64,000 bases of DNA, taken from the NCBI RefSeq assembly GCF_006345805.1, contig NC_043000.1:111724001-111788000 (forward strand), given 5' to 3'. Source of the DNA: Octopus sinensis. Lineage: Eukaryota. Both the position numbers and the translations under genes were made by a program. Below, piece after piece: positions 26,201-37,900 of the stretch (position 1 is the first letter of the stretch; each line of letters starts with the position of its first letter). The notes beneath the pieces are model-generated. The model ran no database searches, was not told the DNA's origin, and worked only from the letters and a program-made list of their open reading frames with translations.

Positions 26201-29200
26201 TGATTTAGCACACCTGCAATCAATGTTGTGACCAACCATTCTTTTATTCAGACACGCCTATCTTGGACTACACTGTCTAATGTGTTCTGTTTTTGTTTGG
26301 GGTGGGGGTTAAGAGAGGAATTTGGTTGTTTTTTCTAGCAAATTGAACATTCTCACAGAAGCACCTCTGCTCACTTGAAACAGCAGGTTGTGGTCATCTG
26401 GTTTTCTCTTTCATGCATAGCTGTAAAAAACCATGCTGAAACTGACCTCACCTCTGCTGGTGCCATGTAAAAAAGACACTCAATCCACTCTGCAGGGTGG
26501 TTGGTGCCAGGAAGGGTATCCAGCCGTAAAAACCCTGCCCAAACAGACACAGTAGCCTGGTGTAGTCTTCTGCTTGGACGGCTCCTGTCAAACTGCCCAA
26601 TTGGCCCTCGTGCCGGTGGCACTTTAAAACCACCCACTACACTCTCGGAGTGGTTGACGTTAGGAAGGGCATCCAGCTGTAGAAACACTCCCAGATCAGA
26701 CTGGAGTCTGGTGCAGCCATCTGGTTCACCAGACCTCAGTCAAATCGTCCAACCCATGCTAGCATGGAAAGCGGACGTTAAACGATGGGAAGTGGACAGA
26801 CGTTAAACAATGATGAAGAATACTTTAGACCTGCTTGCCATGGATTGGTCAAAGACTTTATTATTGAAGCTATATTATGTGAGTGTATGCCTGGATACTC
26901 TTCCCATCACCTACCCTTACCTGATTTTTTTCCATTCAGGTATTTATTATTCCTCTGGTCTTCACAATTGCAGATCTACAGGTTGAGGAATATACGCAGA
27001 GAACATAGTCATGACCACACAGTTATGCTTGGACTGTGTCATGTGAGGACGTGCCGAATGTAAACGTATGTCACACACACACAACAAGCTTCCATGCAGT
27101 TTTCACCTACAAATTTCACTCCAAAGTATTGGTCAGCTTGAGGCTATTCACACCACCATACCTGCCCTTAATAGGCGCAGACGTGGCTGTGTGGTTAAAA
27201 GTTTGCTTCCCAACCACATGGTTCCGGGTTCAGTCCCACTGCATGGTACCTTGGGCAAGTGTCTTCTTTTATAGCCCCGAGCAAAGCAAAGTCTTGATAG
27301 TGGATTTGGTTGGTGGAAACTGGAAGAAACCTGTTGTGTGTGTGGCACTCATGAAGTCAGCAAGAAGTTTGCAAGACAAAGACCTCTCAGCTGAGAGAAA
27401 GAGTGGAATGGAAGGAAGTGGCTGTGAGTCAGGTGAGGGGCTGGAGTATGTTAGAGGGACAGACATAGTTGTGTTACTATGGAGGAGACACTTGGCTGCC
27501 CCAGGAGAGGAAGGAGAGAGAGAGGGAGAGAGAAAATAGATGGCATTAGAGATGTATTGTGGTTTATCTACAGGAAACAGTGAGTGGGGGGGGGGCGTAT
27601 AAGTGGTCCAGAGGGGTTAGAAGGAGGGATGTTCCATAAGAGTATGAAGGGGGATGTTTAGAGATGGGGGAAGACATGGCTGTAGTGAGTGATGGTGGGA
27701 GAAAATGGAGCAGCTGAGAGGCGGGTGTGGTAGATGTTTTAGAGCATGCAGATAGACACACAAGAAAGAGTGGGTGGTGATCATGGGTAGAGGGATGGTG
27801 GGTATGTTGGGAAGCTGGGTTGTAGGGGTGCTTTGACAGAGGACAGGTTGTGTGTGTGTGTGTGTGAAGGAGAGAAGGCTCAGTCATGAAGGACAGCCTG
27901 TATGGATGACCACAAGTTTTATTTGGCTCACCATGTCTTCTCAAGTACAGCAAATTGCCAGACAGTCCCTTATCTTCTCTGTGAAACTCAACATCCAAAA
28001 ATTGTTTCTCACCACTTCATCCCACATCTTCCTGGGTCTGCTCCTTCCACAGGTTCCCTCCATAACAAGAGATCGGCACTTCTTTATGCAGTCGTCCTCA
28101 CTCCATACCAACGCAGTCTTCTCTCTTGCACAAAACATCTGATGCCTCATAGACCCAGTTTTTCTCTTAAATCATTTACACTCTGCACATGTGTACAGAC
28201 ACACACAAATGCTCATGCACACACACATATACATCTTCCTGATCTGACATTCATTCATTTATTCCCTGTTTTTTTTTCTGCTTCAGCAAAAAAGAGCAAA
28301 GCAAAACTGGAACACTCCCTAAAATGATGACTGATAGTACCCACAGAGATGTTGTTCAGGTAAGAATACCTCATTCATTTTGTGAAGAGCTAAAAATTAT
28401 TTATCTCTGATGCAGATACATACACACAATGAGTGGCTGTGTGGTAAGAAGCTTGCTTCCCAACCATATAGTTCCAGGTTTAGTCCCATTGCATGGCATA
28501 TGGGCAAATGTCTTCTTGGGTCATCCAAAACTTTGTGAATGAATTTGGTAGATGGAAACTGTAAGAAGCCCGTCGCATGTGTGGATTTGGTTAACGGAAA
28601 CTGAAAGAAGTCCATCACACACATTTACATCATTATCATACGTCCCTTTTTCCATGCTGGCATGGTTTGGAGAGTTTGACAAGAGCAGATGAGCCAGAGG
28701 GCTCTGCCAGGTTCTATGTCTGCTTTGGCATAATTTCTACAGCTGGATGCCAACCACTTAACAGTCTGCTGCGTGTCTTTTTACATGGCACCACCTCCAA
28801 TGAGGTCACCAAGTATCTGCCAGAGGAAGTCCCTTCAAGGTAGTGGGGTATTCGTTTAACGTCCGTTCTCCATGCTAAAGAAAGAAACTATAATGGAGGG
28901 AGAGGATCAGATATCTTGCTGAAGAGGTGAATACCTGGCTTGCCCACCTGGGACAAGAGAGACAAAGAAAGAAAGAAACAAAGAAAAAAGTCCAGGTACA
29001 ATATGAATATGAGACGGAATAGGGAGTGGACCGAGTGAAAACAGTGTGGCACATGATTAGAGATAGGGAACAAGTTGGACACAGAGGTTATCAGTCCAGT
29101 GGAGAGGGGAATGAAGAAAATAGAAGATAAGCTGTGGGGGAGGAAAGCTTGACAGAGCCTCAATTCTGCAGAAATGGATGGGTCTTTTGAAGCCCAACAT

Positions 29201-31907
29201 AACACAATCTTGATTCCCTGTCATCTCCTCTGAGAGGCTCAACATCTCCAGCTCAGACTGTCTCCTTGCCTTGACTTCTTGTGATAGATGTAAATGAGCG
29301 TCCCTGTCATACAAGTGGTGTCTTTCATTTCTAAACATCCAGGAAAGTTGTGCCCAGCTATAGAGAAATGTTACCATATTTGGAAGGAACGGGTGAGGGT
29401 TGGTGAGAGGAAGGGCATCAAGCCGTAGAAAATGTGCTTCAACAAATTCCATCCGACTCGTGCAAGCATGGAAAAGTAGACATAAAATGGTGACGATGGT
29501 TCTGTTTAACCACCGGGGTGTAAAGAAAACTTGTCCACATTGAGTAAATGAAAAACAAAAAGTTTTTTTCTCAAAGCTGCTGCAAGGGAGATAACTTTGG
29601 CTGGACTGTTTCCCATAATGTCGTTCAGAGCAATGGTTCTCAACACTGACAAATTCCAGTCCGTCTCCACAGAACTTTAGGGAAATCTTTTTACTACCCT
29701 GTACTTCGTTAATGAGAACACAAAACAGAAGCCCCGGGGGGAGGGTTGTAACTGTGAAATACTGCTGAAAATTTGGAGTGAGGGGACTGAGAGGTAGATA
29801 TGCAAGATTACATTTAACCTATTTCTTTACTACCCACAAGGGGCTAAACACAGAGAGGACAAACAAACGGATTAAGTCGATTACATCGATCTCCTAAGGT
29901 GACGAGCTGGCAGAAACGTTAGCACGCCGGGCGAAATGCTTAGCGGTATTTCGTCGGCCGCTACGTTCTGAGTTCAAATTCTGCCATGATCGATTTTGCC
30001 TTTCATCCTTTTGGGTTCGATAAATTAAGTACCAGTTACGCACTGGGGTCCATATAAACGGCTTAATCCATTTGTCTGTCCTGTTTGTTCCGTCTGTGTG
30101 TAGCCCCTTGTGGGTACTAAAGAAATAGGTACTTAATTTATTGACCCTTAAAAGGATGAAAGGCAAAGTCGACCTCAACGGAATTTGAACTCAGAACGTA
30201 ATACGGCTACACATTTCGCCCGGCGTGCTAACGTTTCTGCCAGCTTGCAACCAATATCTGACATCTCTACATATTGTCTTTCCTTCATGGCGTATCGATG
30301 AGTGAAGGCATGGCCAAGCACTTGCTTCTGAAAACAGCCCAGGCGCAGCGGAAGTGGTTACGTTACTCTCTCTGCAGTACTGTTGCTGTAACGTTGGAAA
30401 AGGCCGACCAAAACATCCCATGAAACCTATTTCAGCCTTGACTATTCCAATCTTCATACAGCTGTCTCCATGTGTCTACGACTACCTTGTATTCTAATGC
30501 TCCTGTCATGTGAGCGCATGGCAAGGAGCTCCTTTGTTAGCTTGTGGATGTTGTTGTTGTTGTAATTGATTCTTTTTAATGGTGGTGATGTTGTTGTTGT
30601 ATTTCAGTCCATTATTGAATCTGATCACTTAGCTGTTGATTTTGAAACTGGAATCATTCCATTATCAAATGGTATCGCACCTACCAAAAGTTGGACATCA
30701 GATCTGGCCATGTTCACGTGAGTCTCAGCTCTTTTTTCTATTATTACTCTCTTACTCTGTATTTCATGCACTTACGCACACACATACATATACATACACA
30801 CACACACTAATGATGATGATGATGATGATGATTTTGCTGGTGTTTTTGCCTAGCCTTAAGTCAGCCTTGATCAAGCACATCTATGATCAAAAGCCATCCA
30901 GCCATGACCAACTCATCTCTTTATATAGCCATGGCCTTCTTTGTCCGATGTGCCCTTCTTCTCTTTAAGATGTTTTGGGAGTAGTCTTGAGAGAAATCAG
31001 CATAATTTAATGTCCATTTTCCATGCTGGCATGGGTTGGACAGTTCAATTGGAGCTGGCAAGGCTGGAGGGCTGCACCAGGTCCCAGTCATCTGGTCTAG
31101 CATACTTTCTATGGTTGGATGTCCCAGATTGTACTGGGTGCTTTTCATATGGCCCAAGCACAGGTGCCTTCTATGTGGCACCAGCACAGGTGCCAGCTAA
31201 TTTAAGCAGGTTTCTCTCTCTCTCATTGATGTTAATGATGATGTTTGAATGTTGAAGGATCTGGTGGAGTTAGGGACTATTCTTGTCCTTTTTCCAGCCA
31301 CCGCTGCTTTACTTACAGTACCTACCCTGTCTACCTAACCCTACCCCCACCTTCAACTACCCACCACACTTCCATGTAACCTCCCCTCAGTAGATGAGGG
31401 AGTGAGGCTGGCAGTTTTGTTAATAAGCAGTCGTAACAGAATATTGACTTCAGAGGGGAAGGCTGAAAGGTCAGAGGTCACTATCCATCAGACAGTTTCA
31501 TCATTAACAAGGACCAGACATGAGCAAGAAGACACACAGACTAATTTTTTTTCTTTTTGATTTTTTTAAAATTGTCTAAATATCTAAAGTGACAAAGAAG
31601 TAGAATGTGTCTAGGGGAAAGGGTGTTCCTCTCAGACATGGCTTCCTGTCACCACCACCCACCACCCCACCTTATGTTTCAGAACTTCAGTTTCCATGAC
31701 AATGGTTTTTGTTGTTGAGTAACCCAAAGTTGACTTTAATTGGAAAACTGTCAGCAAGTTTGTGTGTGTGTGTGTGTGTGTGTTATCGTGTATGTATAAG
31801 TATGTCTGGGGATTGTACTGTTTTTGTTCTCCTGTCTTTTTTTTTTTTTTTTTTTTAGTTCTTAAAATGTATGTGAAGGAAACATCTTGTAACCCTTCCC
31901 TGCACAT

Positions 31908-31943
<36 letters not shown>

Positions 31944-34900
31944 CAAATTCCAGTGAATAACCACCTAAGTAAAGAAACTTATAAAATAAAGTTTAGCAGG
32001 GGGCAAGGGTGAGGTGGTGATTGGGAACGGGGAGGGGGAGTTATTTTTCAGTTTGTAAAAACCCTTTGAAATTCTATCTGTGTCCCTAGATCAAAGGAAA
32101 CCTTCATTCAGTAGTTCTGGTTTCCCATCAAGGCCAGAAAACATGAAAGCTGTCCGCTTTTTTGGCAATTAATAATCTCAACAGAAAGTTGTCACTCTTC
32201 ACACAGATTTGGATTTGTCGCTTTGTTCGTTTGTTTTACTGTTAACGACTGAAAAAACGAAATTTTAAAAAGAACATAACAACAACAATAATAGTAATGT
32301 TTGTCTGTTTATTCATGCAGTATTCATCATCATCATCATTCTGTCTTTTTAACCCATTTATTGATCTGTCTGTCTCTTTAATCATCCATCTCTCTCTCTC
32401 TGTATCTATCTATCTATATGTCTGTCTGTCTTTCTATCTATATATATATATGTCTATCTATCTATCTATGTATGTATATATATATATGTCTGTCTGTTTA
32501 TATATGTCTTTCTATATGTCTATCTATCTATATATATATATATATATATATGTCTGTCTGTTTATATATTTGTCTTTCTATATGTCTGTTTGCCTGTCTA
32601 TTTATATGTCTATCTATCTATCTATGTCTTTATTTGTTTATCTATCTCACTATATCTCATTGTTGAGAAAGGAAATTCCCATTATTCGTAGACCAGGGAC
32701 AATTCTAAATATTTCTTTAATCTATTAAATTTCATTAGTATAGTGTAATCTGACCAGGCCAACCTGATCAGCTGGCATAGATTTTTACAGATAGGAATTA
32801 AATTTTTTCTTTTTTTAACCATATTTAATCGTTTTGTCTAGAAAAAAAAAAGGTTGCTGTTTCATTGGCCTTCACTGATCATCCGAGGTGGATGAAGGGA
32901 AGGGTGTGGTTGATGAACTGGATAACTGTGATGCTGAGGAGCTCCCAAAGGTTCTTAACTGTATCAAGGAATTGAAGGGTTGAACCTGTGCCCACCAAGT
33001 TCTAAAACAGAACCATGAACATGCTCTTACAAGCCTAGTCCACCTCTTGCTGAAAATCTTACCATGTATTTCGTGCAAATCTTTGTATGCTAAGCTAGAT
33101 AGATATCATTATCATCAACATCATTTTACATCTCTTTTCCCATGCTAGCATGGGTTGGACTGGTTTCACAATCTCTCACCATCCATCATGTAGCACAGAT
33201 GATGATGAAACATTATCATCATCATTTAACGTCCGCTTTCCATGCTAGCATGGGTTGGACGATTTGACTGAGGTCTTGCATGGAAAGCGGACGTTAAACG
33301 ATGATGATGTTTTGAATTTGCAGCAGAAAAGGGTTTATGTCTGTAATGGTGAGTGGTGGTGTGGTGGGGACACTAGGAATGTGACCTTAGAACCAACACA
33401 AATAAATCTTGACCTAATTAACCCTTTATTTTCTTTGTTTTTTTTTGGGGGGGGTGCATCCATTGCCCTATTATCACCCCATTTTACTTCAACACCCACC
33501 TGGATCTTTCCACGGCCCACTTTGGGAACCACTGATGTAGCATGCACAGCAGAGAAACACCAACCGGCTCTGTTGTGTGCGTCGTATTTGTTCGGACATG
33601 GTTTTACAAATGGATGTCCTTCGTCCTTCCTTACACAAACCTCTTTATGCTGTGACCTCTAGACAATACAAGTCGTTGGTGACCCATTTCAGGACCCTAC
33701 AGAGGAAGTGCTGGCACTCCATTGATTATGACAACAGGTGTTAGCCTGCTCGTGGAATTAGCGTGCAGGTGGCTGAGTGCTCCACCGACCCATGTACCTT
33801 TAATTTAGTTCTAAGGAAGATTCAGCTGGACACAGAATGAGACATGGCTGACCCTTTTAATTACTGGTACTGAATTACTGGAGCAACGGGGAATAAAGTG
33901 TCTTGCTCTCAAGGCCACAATGCACCACCAGGAATTGAACTCACAACCTTATGATCATGAGCCAAGCACCCTAACCACTAAGCCACGCATCTTCACAAGA
34001 GGAAGAGGGAGGATTCATCAAGTAAATTCCAGTAATATATTGTTGTCTGTGCCGTTTTGCTTTTTCTTGTTGTGCAACAAATTGTTATTAATATCTATAT
34101 TTTTTTACATTATTTATATTTGACGGATATTTGTCCTCATCTTGTTTGTTGTTAACACAACGTTTCGGCTGATATACCCTCCAGCCTTCATCAGGTGTCT
34201 TGGGGAAATTTCGAACCTGGGTTCTCATTCCTAAGGTATTTTTCCTATATTATTATTATTATTGAGTGAGAGAGCAGTGCATGCCATCAAAGTGACACTG
34301 GGGTAAAATATACGAAGCCCTCTATACTCATCATGACTACCCGTCTGATAAGGGTACACCAGGCACATGCGTCACAACCATATGTACGCGACATGGTGAT
34401 CTCATATCAAGATAAACAACACATGACCTTGCAGGTGGGGCTCAGTTAGAATTTTCTTCTAATCGAGTAACCCATTCCACTCAAAAGATCCCTGAATAAA
34501 GGTTGTTTAAGGGTGTTGAATGAACCACCCATGTTTCTAAAGGTGAATTATTCAAACCCCAAAGAATCCTTCTCAACACATGGCTATGATGCTCCCCCAC
34601 TACTTCTGCTTGTGATCAGATATGCACATATCGTCAGCCACTAAAGGACATGCTCAACTGGTTATGGTCAAACAACTGACAAGTAAATCTGTGGTACTGA
34701 ACAGAATATTTGCTGTAGCCCGTCTTTTATACCAAGACAAAACAATGTACATGATTATTATTATTATTATTATTCAGGTCACTGCCTGGAGTCGAACTCG
34801 GAATCTTGGGGTTACATATGCGCATGGGCAATTATGGAGTGAAGTTTTAGGGCTTATAAATCTAATATTTTCCTATCCTTCCTTAATACTGGTTCCCATA

Positions 34901-37900
34901 TGCTACTCATATCTGCACTCAGTCTGCTTAGGAGGTTGTTGTGTCCTAGCATATGTGCTGCTTCTTTTAGTTTCTTTAAGAACAAATACCTTAGGAATGA
35001 GGACCCAGGCTCAAAATTTCCCCAAGACACCTGATGAAGGCTGAAGGGTATATCAGTCAAAACATTGTGTTAACAAACAAGATGAGGACAAATAGCCATC
35101 AAATGTAAATAATGTACATAATTCCTCATCCCTTAAATATAGAACTGTATTAATATCTGGTTTCTTTTTTCTCTTCAACAGCAGACCTAGTTCCATGGAT
35201 GGTTCCGTGCTACCAAATGGTCGTCAATTGCCGTCTCCCCCTGGTCCATCCACCAGTCACCCATTACCTGATGTCACTATGGTCAACCAGTCACCCAATG
35301 TACTCCCCAATGGTAACCGCAAGAGCTGCCACTTGCCTGCTTGTAATTCAGCCAGTGAGGACGGGGTGAACAAGGACCCGGACCCTTACAACCACATTGG
35401 ACAGCCAGGGACTGGAACTGGTGGCAAAGGCACCAGTTGCAACAACAACAACAACAACAATGATGTGCGGAGACGCGAGGAGCAGGAGGGAGTGGAAGAG
35501 GAAGGGGAGAATACGTACGACACGGCGTATGACCGTGTGGGGACAGCATCATCATCGGTTGTGGTGAAGAAGAGTGGCTGCATCACGTTGACGCAGGCTG
35601 ACTTTGATAACTACGGCAGTGAGCAGTTGTACGCCTCTGTTGATGGTGATGAAGAGGATGATGATGATGCAGACAATACTTATGCATCGCTAAGGCTCGG
35701 CAAGAAGCGACCAGCAGCGCCCCCACTGGCTCTGGCCCTCACTCCGACAGATGCGACATTCCGTGACATCTCCTATAGTATTGTACCCGGCGACGACGAC
35801 ACGGACGACCCGTATTCCAAGATCCCGGGAGACCTTGTACTGGCAAGACCCGATGTAGAGGACCCTTACTCTAGCGTGGACGGCAGACCGACGGACGGCT
35901 GCTGTGGTGCGGCGGGGCCAGTATTACTGCCGATAGCCGCAGCAACAGGAGCGTCGGCCAACATAGCAGTCCCCGAGACCACATCACCCCTGTCTCCTGA
36001 TGACCTGCCAGGTCACATTGTCGAGGACGACTACGCTACAGTGAACAAGTTGCCAAGAAGCCCGAACAATATCGCTGTAACCCTAGATGTACCCCCTGAT
36101 ATACTGATGGCACCACCACCAGAACCACCGCGGGCCTACAAGGAGGAGGACTTCCTCAACCGTGACAACCCGCCACCAGATCATGTGGATGCTGCTCCAG
36201 CTGGAGCTGGTCCCATCCTTTTACCAGAGCCTGTTGCTCAGCCACGTAAGTAAATGTTCAGATTATTACCTTACACTACCACACCCCAACACCAACACTA
36301 CATCTACAATTTTCACAACCCAGTCAATAATATATTCCCCTTCGTTGTTCATAACTCACTGCTCCATCAGCTTGCCAATGCCTTGACAGTAGAAATCACT
36401 GGATCTTGACTTGAGAAAGTCTTCAAGCCACGTCTTCATTTCCATGCCGTTGTTGATGAAAATGTTTTTGCATTAATTCAAATAACATTGGAAGGGAATA
36501 AAATAAATGTGGAAAAAAAAACAAATTTATCTGGCAATCCAATACATCCCCCCCACCCCACCCCAGTTATACAACCTCTACCATTATCTCCTATATGACC
36601 ACCACTACATGTTTTAATACATAAAGATTTTTCACTAATTCTGTGAACGTAATCATGGTTTATTTTGCAGTTGTGGACTGCCAGCTTTCATCTCTCACTC
36701 TTCCTTCTACTTTCTCCTCCTCCTTCCATGGTTCAATCCTTCATTGCCACCACTATCCCCACTTCGATACACACTTGTCTCATAAAACAGGCTTTGTGTG
36801 TTGAAAGTGGCCACACCCACTAGTGTTAGGCCCAGAGTCAGTGGTCCATTGGCCACACCCACTAGTGTTAGGCCCAGAGTCAGTGGTCCATTGGCCACAC
36901 CCACTAGTGTTAGGTCCGGATTCAGTGGTCCACTGGCCACACCCACTAGTGTTAGGTCAAGCTTCAGTGGTCCAATGGTCACACCCACTAGTGTCCATTG
37001 GCCACACCCACCAGTAAAGTGGCCAATATTGTATATTCTGCAAATTTAGAATGATCAATGTATTGCACAATATCCACACTTACTGGTCACTTATCGTGCC
37101 ATACTCAATAACTTCTCGGTGACCCTAGCCCATGATTCCACTCTCAGTTGAAACCACTTTTTTTTAATTGGAAATGTATGAATATCATGACTTCACCACC
37201 AACTCGAAGTGATTTCTCAAGCCTATTGTCACTTATCTTTCTCTTTGAAGAAGGTCAAGTGAAGCCATAGTCTCCACTTATCCTGCATACAAGATCAATC
37301 AGTACCTGTAATCTACTGTGGGATCATTATATTATGTTTCCCTCTCACATTTCCTGCTGAAGCTGACCACTTTACTCGTCTGCTGTCCCTCTGATCTTTT
37401 AACCCTTTTGATACCAACCCCTGGTTCTAAGTTATAATCTTCATGTTTTAAAGTAATCAAAACATAAAGTGATGGCTTGTTGCCAACTTAATATTGCAGC
37501 CCCATGAAAAGGAAAAGTGCTACTGCTATTTAGCCCCAAGAAACACCGTTTCTAGTTGGCTACATGACACAAACGTTCTGTGTCCTTAAGTTTTCAAACA
37601 GGGGAGATAAGCACCTCCACCCAACAAAGCCAGCACCCAGAGACTAGTTTCAGGGTAGTTGCATTTCATCAGTCCGGAGTAGCTTGGCTTTGCTAGCTGT
37701 TGGTGCTAAATCACTGTTGGAAACTTATCGAATTTCAAATGAAATAAATTCACTGATCTACAAAATTAGAATGATTGCATTTCTAAATTTCTCAGAGAGA
37801 GTTATGCAGTAGCAGCACAATAAAGTAAAAAAAAAAATTAAAACAATTTCATCAAAATTACATGTTGATTTACATACCAAACTTCAGCTTAAAAACGACA

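Noticed and set aside
30436-30509. Possible exon (ag...gtgagc) between exons 2 and 4
   Set aside because: From 30436 the required phase 0 frame has an immediate TGA. The 48-nt version (30462-30509) has a stop in phase 0 and cannot follow exon 2.
36808-37010. CRISPR-like repeat-spacer appearance
   Set aside because: The spacer halves are diverged copies of each other, the context is eukaryotic, and there are no cas genes.
36791-37049. 14-aa repeat ORF as a cassette exon
   Set aside because: The nearest acceptor (36790) gives phase 2 for that frame while the intron is phase 1. The phase 1 reading hits TGA after three codons.
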